From Acidobacteriota bacterium (GTDB taxonomy: Bacteria > Acidobacteriota > Vicinamibacteria > Vicinamibacterales > UBA2999), in contig JACQZV010000098.1 of the NCBI GenBank assembly GCA_016213695.1, forward strand, positions 1-63,510: a stretch of DNA of 63,510 nt, given 5' to 3'. The translations under genes were made by a program, and so were the position numbers. Below are positions 1 through 9,476 of this stretch, in pieces; within the stretch, counting starts at the first letter, position 1, and every line of letters starts with the position of its first letter. A model generated the notes under the pieces. That model saw only the letters and a program-made list of their open reading frames with translations, did no database searches and was not told where the DNA came from.

Positions 1-456
1 CGTCGTCGCCAGCTGCACGCCGATCAGCAGGTCGCGCGGCGTGCCGTAGCGGTTGCGAAGAGGCCCGCTGTCGATGGTCGCGATGACGCCGCCGCTCGTG
101 GCACCCTCGGGCGCGTCGAGGTGCAGCCACTGGCTGTGTCCAGCCAGCGCGGCGTTGACCTCGGCCACGGTGGCACCGGCCTCGACCGCAACGGTGAGGT
201 CCGCGTGCGCATGCGCGATCAGGCGGTTCAGGCGGCGCAGCCCGACGACGAGATCGAGAGCCGCCGGAGGGCGGCCCCAGCCGATCTTCGTCCCTCCTCC
301 GCGCAGGACGACCGTGAGGCGCTCGCGGGCCGCCTGTTCGAGCACCGCGGCGACCTCGCGTGCAGAGTCCGGCTCCACCACCTGGCGCGGCAGCACGCCG
401 TCGATGGCATCGGCGCCGGTTCCGGGACGAAACGTCGCGCCTGTCAGGGCTCCCAT
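1..456 (-). CDS. glcE: Glycolate oxidase FAD-binding subunit GlcE-like (5' part; runs off window)
   Basis: Manual translation from ATG at 456: MGALTGATFRPGTGADAIDGVLPRQVVEPDSAREVAAVL...VVLRGGGTKIGWG...DLTVAVEAG...GPLRNRYGTPRDLLIGV, a FAD_binding_4 pattern; its ATG overlaps the glcD stop (TGATG). Confidence 0.8.
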   Translation of the reverse strand, partial: MGALTGATFRPGTGADAIDGVLPRQVVEPDSAREVAAVLEQAARERLTVVLRGGGTKIGWGRPPAALDLVVGLRRLNRLIAHAHADLTVAVEAGATVAEVNAALAGHSQWLHLDAPEGATSGGVIATIDSGPLRNRYGTPRDLLIGVQLATT

Positions 457-1916
457 CAGAAACGTTCGCCCATGCCGGCCTTTTCGATCGGATGCTCCCG
501 GTAGGGTCCCGGCACTTCGCCGCAGAGCCGTGGCGTGGGAAACACCTTACCCGGATTGCACAGGCGCCGCGGATCGATGGCGTCGCGGACGCGCAGCATG
601 GCGTCGAGATCCTCGTCGGTGAACATCTTCGGCATGAACTCACGCTTGTCCATGCCGACGCCGTGCTCGCCGGTAATGGAGCCGCCGGCCTCGATGCAGT
701 AGGACAGAATTTCTCCGCCCGCCTCCGCCGCCTGGCGGGCCTGGCCGGGCACCCGTTCGTCGTAGCAGATGAGCGGATGCAGATTGCCGTCGCCGGCGTG
801 AAAGACGTTGGCGATTCGCAGCCCGCACCGCGCTTCGAGCTGGCGGATCCGGTTCAGGACTTCCGGCAGCTTCGTGCGCGGCACCACGCCGTCCTGCACG
901 TAGTAGTTCGGCGAGACGTGTCCCATCGCGGCAAAGGCCGCCTTGCGGCCCTTCCAGATCCGCGCGCGCTGCGCCTCGTCCCTGGCGATCTCGACGCTGA
1001 CGGCGCCGGTCCGCTGGCAGGTGCGCTCGATGAGCGGAAAGAGCTCCTCGAGCTCCGCAGACGGCCCGTCGAGCTCGACAATCAGCACGGCATCGGCGGC
1101 GGGGAAGCCGGGATGGACCGAGGCTTCGGCGGCCTGGATGGCGAGCGCGTCCATCATCTCCACCGCCGCCGGAATGATGCCGGCCGCGATGATCTCCGAC
1201 ACCGCCGTGCCCGCCGCACCGATGCTGTCGAACGCCGCGAGCAGCGTCCTGACGCTCTCGGGCTTCCTCAGGATGCGCACGACCGCGCGCGTGACGACGG
1301 CGAGCGTGCCTTCCGATCCGACGATGAGGCCGACCAGGTCGGGACCGACGGCATCGTCCACCGCGCTCTCCAGATGGACCATCTCGCCGTCGGGCAGCAC
1401 CGCATCGAGCGCGAGCACGTGGTGCACGGTGAAGCCGTACTTGAGGCAGTGCGCGCCGCCGGAATTCTCGGCGATGTTGCCGCCGATGGAACACACCTGC
1501 TGGCTCGATGGATCCGGCGCGTAGTAATAGCCGAACGGAGCCACCTGCCGCGTGATCTCGAGATTGGTCACGCCCGGCTCCACTGTCACGCGCCGGTTGG
1601 GAATGTCCACGTCGAGAACGCGGTTCAGCCGCGACAGCCCGATCACGACGCCCCCCGGTACGGGCACGGCGCCGCCGGAGAGCCCGGTGCCATGACCCCG
1701 CGCGACGAAGGGCACGCCGTGCCGGGCGCAGAGACGGACGACCGCCTGCACGTCCGCCGCCGATCCGGGCAGGACGACGACGGCCGGCTCCTCGCGCACG
1801 TAGGGGAGCGCGTCGCACTCGTACGTCATCAGTTCCATGCGATCGCGGACGACGCTGCCGCGGCCGCAGACGCGTTCGAGGTCGCGGACGAACCGCTCGT
1901 CAAGGGTTGCCGTCAC
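456..1916 (-). CDS. glcD: Glycolate oxidase subunit GlcD / FAD-linked oxidase
   Basis: ARGHGTGLSGG, YAPDPSS, GGNIAENSGGAHCLKYG, HAGDGNLHP and GSITGEHGVG motifs. Confidence 0.9.
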   Translation of the reverse strand: MTATLDERFVRDLERVCGRGSVVRDRMELMTYECDALPYVREEPAVVVLPGSAADVQAVVRLCARHGVPFVARGHGTGLSGGAVPVPGGVVIGLSRLNRVLDVDIPNRRVTVEPGVTNLEITRQVAPFGYYYAPDPSSQQVCSIGGNIAENSGGAHCLKYGFTVHHVLALDAVLPDGEMVHLESAVDDAVGPDLVGLIVGSEGTLAVVTRAVVRILRKPESVRTLLAAFDSIGAAGTAVSEIIAAGIIPAAVEMMDALAIQAAEASVHPGFPAADAVLIVELDGPSAELEELFPLIERTCQRTGAVSVEIARDEAQRARIWKGRKAAFAAMGHVSPNYYVQDGVVPRTKLPEVLNRIRQLEARCGLRIANVFHAGDGNLHPLICYDERVPGQARQAAEAGGEILSYCIEAGGSITGEHGVGMDKREFMPKMFTDEDLDAMLRVRDAIDPRRLCNPGKVFPTPRLCGEVPGPYREHPIEKAGMGERF

Positions 1917-2001
1917 TGCCGGAAGTCTACTATTATCCCTTTCCCTTCGCCGGTCCGCGCGTCAGTGGCGCGCGCCGGACAATCTCGGTAGGAGCGTGAC
2001 C

Positions 2002-3240
2002 ATGAATCGATGGCTGCCGGTCGTGGGCGGCGTGTGCATGAACCTCGCGCTCGGAACGCTGTATGCCTGGAGCGTGTTCGTGCTGCCGCTCGAGCAGGAG
2101 TTCGGGTGGACGCGGGCGCAGACGTCGTGGACGTTCACGATCGCCGTGGTCACGTTCGCCGCCTCGTTCATTCTCGGGGGGCGCATTCAGGACGAGCGCG
2201 GCCCGCGCGTCTGCGCGGCCATCGGCGGCACGCTCGTGGCCGCCGGGTTCGTGCTCTCGAGCTTCACGACGTCGCTCACGTATCTCTACGTGATGTTCGG
2301 CGTCGTGGTCGGGGTGGGCAACGGGTTCGGGTACGCGACGCCGATGCCGGTGGCCTCGAAATGGTTTCCGGACAAGCGCGGCCTGGTCGTCGGCCTGATG
2401 GTCGGAGGCTACGGCGCCGGCTCGGCGTTCTTCGGGCCGGTGGCGACCTCGCTCATCGGGAGCGTCGGCTGGCGCGCCACGTTCCAGATTCTCGGCGCGC
2501 TCTTCTTCGTGATGGGGATGGTGGGCGCCGCGCTGCTCCGGAACCCGCCGGCCGGGTACCAGCCGGCCGGATGGACGCCTGCGGTCGCGGGCGCCGCGGC
2601 GCAGCGGACGTCTCGCGACTACGCGGCGGGAGAGATGCTGCGCACGCCGACGTTCTATGCCTTGTGGGTGGCGTACTGCCTTGGCACGACCGCCGGCCTG
2701 ATGGTGATCAGCCAGCTCGTGCCGTTTGCCCGTGCGGCGGGCCTGAGCGCCGCGGCCGCGACGTTCGCCATCACGATCGGCGCGTTCGGCAACGCCGGCG
2801 GACGGATACTGTCGGGGTGGCTGTCGGACACGCTCGGCCGCCTCGCCACGCTCCGCGTCATGGTGTTCCTGTCGGCGGTGGCGATGCCGGTCTGGTTTGG
2901 CGTGCGGCAGGAGCTCGTGTTGTTCTACCTGCTGGCGGTCGTCGTCTACTGGTGTTACGGCACCCAGTTGTCGGTCTTTGCGTCCACGACCGCGGATTTC
3001 TACGGAACGCGGAACCTCGGAATGAACTACGGGCTGCTCTTCAGCGCGTGGGGTGTCGCGGGCATCATCGGTCCGATGATCGGCGCGCGCGTCTACGACC
3101 TGTTCGGAGACTACCGCTACGCGTTTTATGCGGCCGCGGCCTTGGCGCTCGTCTCGTTCGGAGCGCTGGCGATGGCCCGCCCGCCGCACCTGCTGACGCC
3201 CGCGGCCGTACGCGCGTCAGCCGCCCGCGCGACATCGTAA
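2002..3240 (+). CDS. OFA-family (oxalate/formate antiporter-like) MFS transporter
   Basis: NLALGTLYAWSVF, KWFPDKRGLVVG and FYGTRNLGMNYG motifs; ~12 hydrophobic segments; ATG 2002 preceded by GGAG. Confidence 0.85.
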   Translation: MNRWLPVVGGVCMNLALGTLYAWSVFVLPLEQEFGWTRAQTSWTFTIAVVTFAASFILGGRIQDERGPRVCAAIGGTLVAAGFVLSSFTTSLTYLYVMFGVVVGVGNGFGYATPMPVASKWFPDKRGLVVGLMVGGYGAGSAFFGPVATSLIGSVGWRATFQILGALFFVMGMVGAALLRNPPAGYQPAGWTPAVAGAAAQRTSRDYAAGEMLRTPTFYALWVAYCLGTTAGLMVISQLVPFARAAGLSAAAATFAITIGAFGNAGGRILSGWLSDTLGRLATLRVMVFLSAVAMPVWFGVRQELVLFYLLAVVVYWCYGTQLSVFASTTADFYGTRNLGMNYGLLFSAWGVAGIIGPMIGARVYDLFGDYRYAFYAAAALALVSFGALAMARPPHLLTPAAVRASAARATS

Positions 3241-3259
3241 TCGGAGGAGACCTGGAACC

Positions 3260-5347
3260 ATGTCCACTGTAGCGAGAACCGACGCCAGCGAGATTGCCGT
3301 TCACTGGAAGGAGGAGGAGTACATCCAGCCGTCCGCCAGGTTCATCGGGCAGGCGAACCTGACCGATCCGGGCGTGGTCGAGCGCTTCACGGAAGAGAAG
3401 TTTCCCGAGTGTTTCCGTGAGTACGCCGACCTGCTGACGTGGGACGAGTACTGGCACACGACGCTCGATACGAGCCGTCCGCCGTTCTGGAAGTGGTTCG
3501 TCGGGGGCAGGCTGAACGCCTCCTACAACTGTGTGGACCGGCACCTGGCGGCGCACAAGAACAAGGCCGCGCTCATCTTCGTCCCGGAAGCCGAGACCGA
3601 GCCCGCCCACGCCCTCACCTACCAGGAGCTCTACACGCGCGTGAACGAGGTGGCGGCGGTGCTGCGTGACTTCTGCGGGCTCACGGCCGGCGACCGCGTC
3701 ACCATTCACATGCCGATGATCCTCGAGCTGCCGATCACGATGCTCGCCTGCGCGCGGCTCGGCATCATCCACTCGGTGGTCTTCGGCGGGTTCAGCGGCG
3801 AAGCGGCCGGTCTGCGCGCGGCCGACTCGGACAGCCGCGTGATGATCTACGCGGACGCGTACTACCGCAACGGCAAGCTGATCGATCACAAGGCGAATGC
3901 CGACATCGCCGTGAGAACCGCTGAAGGCGAAGGCCAGCGGATCGAGAAGGTACTCGTGTGGCGGAGGCACCCGGGCCAGGACCTGACCAACGCCGCCATG
4001 GTGCCCGGCCGTGACTACTACATGGATGACCTCCTCAAGGGATACAGACGCGTGAAGGTCGCGCCCGTCTCCGTCGAGTCCGAGCACCCGCTGTTCCTGA
4101 TGTACACGAGCGGGTCGACCGGGAAGCCGAAGGGCTGCCAGCACCGGACGGGCGGCTACCTCGCCTACGTCACCGGTACGGCGAAGTACTACCAGGACCT
4201 TCATCCCGAGGACGTCTACTGGTGCATGGCCGACATCGGCTGGATCACCGGCCACTCCTACATCGTCTACGGTCCGCTCGCGCTGGGCGCGACGAGCGTG
4301 ATCTTCGAAGGCGTGCCGAATTATCCCGATGCCGGACGGCCGTGGCGCATCGCCGAGCAGCTCGACGTGAACATCTTCCACACGTCGCCGACCGCCATCC
4401 GCATGCTCCGCAAGGCCGGACCCGACGAGCCGGCCAAGTACGCCTACCGCTTCAAGCACATGACGACGGTTGGCGAACCGATCGAGCCGGAAGCCTGGCG
4501 GTGGTACCACGAAGTGGTCGGCAAGGGCGAGGCGGTCATCGTTGACACCTGGTGGCAGACGGAGACGGGCGGGTTCCTCATCACCACCAAGCCGGCGCTC
4601 GACCCGATGAAGGCGGGCAGCGCGGGCCCTCCCGCACTCGGCATTTTCCCGGTCATCTACGACGAGAACGGGAAGGAGATTCCAGGCGGATCGGGCAAGG
4701 CGGGGAACATCTGCATCCGGAACCCGTGGCCGAGCATCATGCAGACGATCTGGAAGGACGACGACCGGTTCGTGCGGCAGTACTACGCGAAGTACTGCAG
4801 GAACCCGAAGAGCACCGACTGGCGCGACTGGCCCTACTTCGCGGCCGACGGCGCCGTGCTCGCCCCCGACGGCTACTATCGCATCCTCGGCCGCGTCGAC
4901 GACGTGATCAACGTCGCGGGTCACCGAATCGGGACCAAGGAGGTCGAGTCGGCGTGCCTGACCGTGCCGCAGGTGGCGGAAGCGGCGGTGGTGCCGGTCG
5001 TGGACGAGATCCGCGGCCGCATGCCGACGATCTACGTGTCGCTCAAGCCGGGCGTCGCCGACCCCCAGAAGGTGTCGGAGCAGATCGTCGCGACCGTCGA
5101 GACGATTATCGGCAAGATCGCCCGGCCCAAGGGGGTCCATATCGTGCCCGACCTGCCGAAGACGCGGTCCGGCAAGATCATGCGGCGCATCCTCGCGGCC
5201 ATCTCGAACAGGATGGACACGGGCGACGTGACCACGCTGGCCAACCCCGAGATCGTCGAACAGATTCGCAAGCAGGTGCAGGGCGAGGGACCGGTGGAGA
5301 TGCAGGAAGGCCCCGAAGACGTGAAACACTTCGGCGAACAGGAGTAG
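3260..5347 (+). CDS. acs: Acetyl-CoA synthetase (acetate-CoA ligase)
   Basis: YTSGSTGKPKG, WCMADIGWITGHSYIVYGPL, DTWWQTETGG, LPKTRSGKIMRR; GGAGGA RBS. Confidence 0.93.
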   Translation: MSTVARTDASEIAVHWKEEEYIQPSARFIGQANLTDPGVVERFTEEKFPECFREYADLLTWDEYWHTTLDTSRPPFWKWFVGGRLNASYNCVDRHLAAHKNKAALIFVPEAETEPAHALTYQELYTRVNEVAAVLRDFCGLTAGDRVTIHMPMILELPITMLACARLGIIHSVVFGGFSGEAAGLRAADSDSRVMIYADAYYRNGKLIDHKANADIAVRTAEGEGQRIEKVLVWRRHPGQDLTNAAMVPGRDYYMDDLLKGYRRVKVAPVSVESEHPLFLMYTSGSTGKPKGCQHRTGGYLAYVTGTAKYYQDLHPEDVYWCMADIGWITGHSYIVYGPLALGATSVIFEGVPNYPDAGRPWRIAEQLDVNIFHTSPTAIRMLRKAGPDEPAKYAYRFKHMTTVGEPIEPEAWRWYHEVVGKGEAVIVDTWWQTETGGFLITTKPALDPMKAGSAGPPALGIFPVIYDENGKEIPGGSGKAGNICIRNPWPSIMQTIWKDDDRFVRQYYAKYCRNPKSTDWRDWPYFAADGAVLAPDGYYRILGRVDDVINVAGHRIGTKEVESACLTVPQVAEAAVVPVVDEIRGRMPTIYVSLKPGVADPQKVSEQIVATVETIIGKIARPKGVHIVPDLPKTRSGKIMRRILAAISNRMDTGDVTTLANPEIVEQIRKQVQGEGPVEMQEGPEDVKHFGEQE

Positions 5348-5358
5348 GATCTGAACCC

Positions 5359-8313
5359 ATGACACAGCGGATGATGCGAGTGGTGATGATGTGTGCAGTG
5401 ACGCTGGCGGCCCCGGTGGTGGGGTACGCACAGCAGGACGCCGTGCTGAGCGGCACCGTGAGCGACACAACCGGCGGCGTGCTGCCGGGTGTCGTGGTTC
5501 GCGCGGTGCACGAAGCGACGGGGAACAGTTTCGAGACGGTGACCGACGGGGCCGGGGGCTACAGTCTGCCCGTCCGCGTCGGCACGTACCGCGTCACCGC
5601 GGACCTTACCGGCTTCAACGCGGTCACCCAGACGGGTCTGGAAGTGCTCGTCGGGCAGCAGGTGACGGTTAACATCCAGATGCGGCCGGCGACGCTGCAG
5701 GAGACGGTGACGGTAACCGGCGAGGCGCCGCTCGTTGACGTCACGCGGTCTCGCGTGTCGGGCAACATCGACCCTCGCCAGATGCAGGAACTGCCCGTGC
5801 AGGGCCGCAACTGGATGAACCTGACGATGCTGGCGCCCGGCAGCCGCGTGAACGCGGTGCGCGAGGTGCCGATCACCTCTGAGGCGTCGAGCGTCGGCGT
5901 GCAGATGAACCTGGACGGCCAGCAGGTGACCAACATGGTAGCGCTTGGCTTCGGGCAGCCGCGCTACAGCCGCGATGCCATCGGTGAGTTCGAGTTCGTC
6001 TCGAACCGCTTCGATGCCAGCCAGGGCCGCTCGATGGGCGTGCAGGTGAACGCGGTGACCAAATCGGGCACGAACCAGTACGCCGGCACGTTCTCGGGCT
6101 ACTTCCGGAACGACCGCTTCAATGCGGCCGATCCAATCACCGACAAGGTACTGCCGTACTCGAACCAGCAGCTGAGCACGACCTTCGGCGGTCCGATTCA
6201 GAAGGATCGCTTTCATTTCTTCGCCAGCTACGAGTACGAGCGGGAACCGCAGACCTTCGTCTACAACACGCCGTACCCGAAGTTCAACGGCACGCTGACC
6301 GGCACCCGCAAGGAGTACAAGGAGCTCGGACGAGTCGATTATCAGTTCTCTCCACAGAACCGGCTGTCGGTGCGCCTGTCGCGCTACGACAACCGCATCC
6401 CGTACGACTCGCGCTACACCGGCGGATCCGACCGGACCATGGCGTCGGCCATCGGCACGAACCGGCGGAGCGAGCAGGGGCTCGCCACGTGGACGCAGGT
6501 GCTGGGGAGCCGCAGCGTCAACGAGGTCAAGGGCGGCCACAGCATGTTCCACTGGAACCAGTACGCCCACGTGAAGAACCCGAACACGCTGCCCGGCCAG
6601 ACCTCGGGAGTCGGCGCGCCGAACATCCTGATGAACGGCTTCACGCTGGGCCAGACGCACGCGATCACGCCGCAGGACATCGGCGAGGACTTCTACACGC
6701 TCCGCGACGACCTGAGCCTCTCCTTCAATCGCGGCGGCCGCCACGACCTGCGGATGGGCGGCGAGTACATGTACCACTTCACGTTCGAGACCGTCTGCAA
6801 CCAGTGCATGGGGCAGCTCGATCTGCGGGGCGGGCCGGTGCCTGCCAACATCCAGGACCTCATCGTCGACGTCAACGACGTGTCGACCTGGAACCTGGCG
6901 CCGCTGTCGCCGATCGCGCGGTTCTACCAGCGGGCGATCGGGATGGACAAGTCACCCTACTCGCGGCCGGCGGGGAGCTCCGGGTTCACCGAGTACGCCC
7001 CGCGGCACGTGTACGCGACGTGGCTTCAGGACAACTGGTCGGTATCCCCCAAGCTGACGGTAAATCTCGGTGTGCGCTACGACCTGTCGATCGGCGAGTT
7101 CGTCAACTGGGTGGGGTTCCCGCCGCTCATTGACGCCAACCGGCCGAACGACACGAACAACTTCGGCCCGCGCGTCGGCTTCGCGTACTCGCTGACGAAC
7201 AAGACCGTCGTGCGCGGCGGCTACGGCATCTACTATGCCGAGGTGACCGGCCAGCCGGCCGTCTTCACGCTGCGTAACGTGCAGCAGATCACGCCGCAGA
7301 TCCTGAACGACGGACGGCCTGATTTTGCGTCGAACCCGTTCAACGGGCCGGCACCGAATTACGACCAGGCGGCGCGCCTGTTGTGCACGGTGAACCGCTC
7401 GGCCACCTGCCTGCGCGCCAACGTCGGCAACTTTGTCGCGCCCGACCTGAAATCGCCGTTCAGCCACCAGGCGTCGCTCGGGTTTCAGCGGCAGCTCACG
7501 TCTGTGATGGCGGTCGAGGCCGACTGGGTGTTCACGGGAAATCGCGACATCCTCACCGCCCGGAACATCAACATCGCCTACAACCCGGCCACCGGCGCCA
7601 ACTATCCGTTCAACGACGTCACGCGGCGCCCGCTCGGCGACTGGGGTAACCTCAGCATCAACCGCCCCGACACCGACAACAGCTATCACGCACTGCAGGT
7701 AGGCTTGACCAAGCGCATGAGCAACCGCTGGCAGGCGTCGGCGAGCTATTCACTGGGCGCCCAGTGGAACTTCGACCAGTTGCCGCTGAATCCCGGGTGT
7801 AAGAACCCGATGACTTTCACGCCGGCCACCGGCTTCACGTGTGACGTGCCGATCACGCTCGCGCCCGATATCTCGGAGAACGACTGGTATCTGGCCGGCG
7901 ACCAGCGCCACCGCGTCACATTCAACGGCATCTGGGACGCGGGCTACGGGTTTCAGATGAGCGGCCTCTACATCTTCGGAGACGAGGGGTGGGAGACCCC
8001 CGTGGCTGGCGTGGACGTTCGTGCGACGGGAGGCGCGGGCACGCGGCTGCGCGCGAACGGGACCCTGATCGAGCGCAACAGCTTGGACCGCAAACCGATG
8101 CACCGCGTGGATGCGCGGGTGCAGCGGCGGTTCCGGCTCGGGGGCCGAGCGAACATCGACGGCATCTTCGAGGTGTTCAACCTGTTCAACCGCGCCAACT
8201 ACGAGTCGTACGAGCTGAACGAACGCAACGCGCGGTTCGGCAAACCCAACACCTTCGCGAACATCGCCTACGCGCCGCGGGTGCTGCAGCTCGGCTTCCG
8301 GGCGGCGTTCTAG
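5359..8313 (+). CDS. TonB-dependent receptor, Oar-like (carboxypeptidase-regulatory-like N-domain)
   Basis: Signal peptide, GTVSDTTGGVLPGVVV, LPVQGRNWMNLTMLAPG, NAVTKSGTN, NNFGPRVGFAY, C-terminal PRVLQLGFRAAF; real start MTQR at 5359, not the track's 4552. Confidence 0.88.
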   Translation: MTQRMMRVVMMCAVTLAAPVVGYAQQDAVLSGTVSDTTGGVLPGVVVRAVHEATGNSFETVTDGAGGYSLPVRVGTYRVTADLTGFNAVTQTGLEVLVGQQVTVNIQMRPATLQETVTVTGEAPLVDVTRSRVSGNIDPRQMQELPVQGRNWMNLTMLAPGSRVNAVREVPITSEASSVGVQMNLDGQQVTNMVALGFGQPRYSRDAIGEFEFVSNRFDASQGRSMGVQVNAVTKSGTNQYAGTFSGYFRNDRFNAADPITDKVLPYSNQQLSTTFGGPIQKDRFHFFASYEYEREPQTFVYNTPYPKFNGTLTGTRKEYKELGRVDYQFSPQNRLSVRLSRYDNRIPYDSRYTGGSDRTMASAIGTNRRSEQGLATWTQVLGSRSVNEVKGGHSMFHWNQYAHVKNPNTLPGQTSGVGAPNILMNGFTLGQTHAITPQDIGEDFYTLRDDLSLSFNRGGRHDLRMGGEYMYHFTFETVCNQCMGQLDLRGGPVPANIQDLIVDVNDVSTWNLAPLSPIARFYQRAIGMDKSPYSRPAGSSGFTEYAPRHVYATWLQDNWSVSPKLTVNLGVRYDLSIGEFVNWVGFPPLIDANRPNDTNNFGPRVGFAYSLTNKTVVRGGYGIYYAEVTGQPAVFTLRNVQQITPQILNDGRPDFASNPFNGPAPNYDQAARLLCTVNRSATCLRANVGNFVAPDLKSPFSHQASLGFQRQLTSVMAVEADWVFTGNRDILTARNINIAYNPATGANYPFNDVTRRPLGDWGNLSINRPDTDNSYHALQVGLTKRMSNRWQASASYSLGAQWNFDQLPLNPGCKNPMTFTPATGFTCDVPITLAPDISENDWYLAGDQRHRVTFNGIWDAGYGFQMSGLYIFGDEGWETPVAGVDVRATGGAGTRLRANGTLIERNSLDRKPMHRVDARVQRRFRLGGRANIDGIFEVFNLFNRANYESYELNERNARFGKPNTFANIAYAPRVLQLGFRAAF

Positions 8314-8330
8314 CGAGGCCCTTCACCCCG

Positions 8331-8401
8331 ACGGAACACCGAGGCACTGAGACACCGAGTGGAAATAGTTTTCTCGGTGTCTCGGTGTCTCGGTGTTCCG
8401 T
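8331..8401. repeat. REP-like inverted repeat / hairpin built from ACACCGAG units; probable bidirectional terminator
   Basis: 29-bp arms 8331-8359 and 8373-8401 (2 mismatches), 13-nt loop, between convergent genes. Confidence 0.75.
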
Positions 8402-8403
8402 GA

Positions 8404-9411
8404 TCAATCCCAGATCCTCAACACGATCTTCCCGAATTGCGCTCCCTCTTCCATGCGGCGGTGCGCTGCCGCCGCCTGGTCGAGCGGCAGGACCTGGTCC
8501 ACGATCGGGCGCAGGCCGCCGGCGTAGATCTCCAGCATGGCGGCGAAGTCGCGCGGGCTGCCCATCGTGCTCCCCAGCACGTTGAGCTGCTTCCAGAAAA
8601 TCCGCCGCGCTTCGAGATTCTTCGTCGGTCCCGTCGTCGCGCCATAGGACACCACGCGCCCGCCCGGCTTCACCAGGTCGAGCGCCCGGTTGAATGTCTC
8701 GCCGGCCGCGCCGTCGATGACCACGTCGGGGCGATCGCCGATGAGCGCGGCGATGGCTTTCGGCCACTCCGGATCGTGGTGATTGACGCCTCCGGCGGCG
8801 CCGTGCGACCGCGCGGCGTCGAGCTTCGCGTCGCTGCCGGACGTGACGTACACGCGGACGCCGAGATGCACGCCAAGGAGCAGGACGCAGGTCGCCACGC
8901 CCCCGCCGATCCCGGTGACGACCACCGTCTCGCCGGCTGTCGCCTGCGCGCGCGTGACGAGGGCCCGGTACGCCGTGACGGATGCGAGCGGCACGGCCGC
9001 GGCCTCTTCCCAGGAGAGATGGCGCGGCTTCTCGTACAGATGATCCGCCGCCACCTTCACCAGTTCCGCGTACGTGCCGTCGCGCGGCAGGCCCAGGATA
9101 TTGAAAGACGGCCCCTGCGCCCGCTCGTTGTCGCCCCAGTTGACCGACGGATCGATGACGACCGCGCGCCCGCGCCATGCCGGGTCGACACCAGGGCCCG
9201 TCTCGACGACCTCACCCGCCCCGTCCGAGCCCGGAATCACCGGCAGCGTGATGCCGGCGTATTGCCCCTTGCGAATCCAGACGTCGCGGTGATTGAGCGC
9301 GGCCGCATGGAGCCGCACGACGGCCTCGCCCGCCTCCGGGTGCGGGTCGGCCACGCGCTCGAGCGCGAGCACATCGGGCCCGCCGAGGCTTCGCAGGACG
9401 ATGGCGTTCAT
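8404..9411 (-). CDS. MDR-family NAD(P)H quinone oxidoreductase / zinc-binding dehydrogenase family
   Basis: MNAIVLRSLGGPDVL, AAALNHRD, PGSDGAGEV, GIGGGVA, GSTMGS. Confidence 0.88.
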   Translation of the reverse strand: MNAIVLRSLGGPDVLALERVADPHPEAGEAVVRLHAAALNHRDVWIRKGQYAGITLPVIPGSDGAGEVVETGPGVDPAWRGRAVVIDPSVNWGDNERAQGPSFNILGLPRDGTYAELVKVAADHLYEKPRHLSWEEAAAVPLASVTAYRALVTRAQATAGETVVVTGIGGGVATCVLLLGVHLGVRVYVTSGSDAKLDAARSHGAAGGVNHHDPEWPKAIAALIGDRPDVVIDGAAGETFNRALDLVKPGGRVVSYGATTGPTKNLEARRIFWKQLNVLGSTMGSPRDFAAMLEIYAGGLRPIVDQVLPLDQAAAAHRRMEEGAQFGKIVLRIWD

Positions 9412-9476
9412 CGGTGTGACAGTATCATCGGAGACATCGCCGCGCAGCGACTCCTTCTTGGTCCACGGCTGCCGCT

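Noticed and set aside
4552-5358. Track's extended N-termini (TBDR from 4552, uvrA from 52774, transketolase from 21620, NlpC/P60 from 51821, DUF4149 from 23977, MDR from 10077, MBL from 36787)
   Set aside because: Extensions overlap other genes; homology and start signals begin at the downstream starts reported
3065-5470. Long antisense/alternate-frame ORFs (e.g. 3065-5470-, 5032-6777-, 10917-12512-, 12335-14086-, 28879-30345-, 43771-45312-, 52517-54070-)
   Set aside because: Shadow ORFs of high-GC coding DNA; Arg/Gly/Ala/His-rich with no motifs, overlapping well-supported genes
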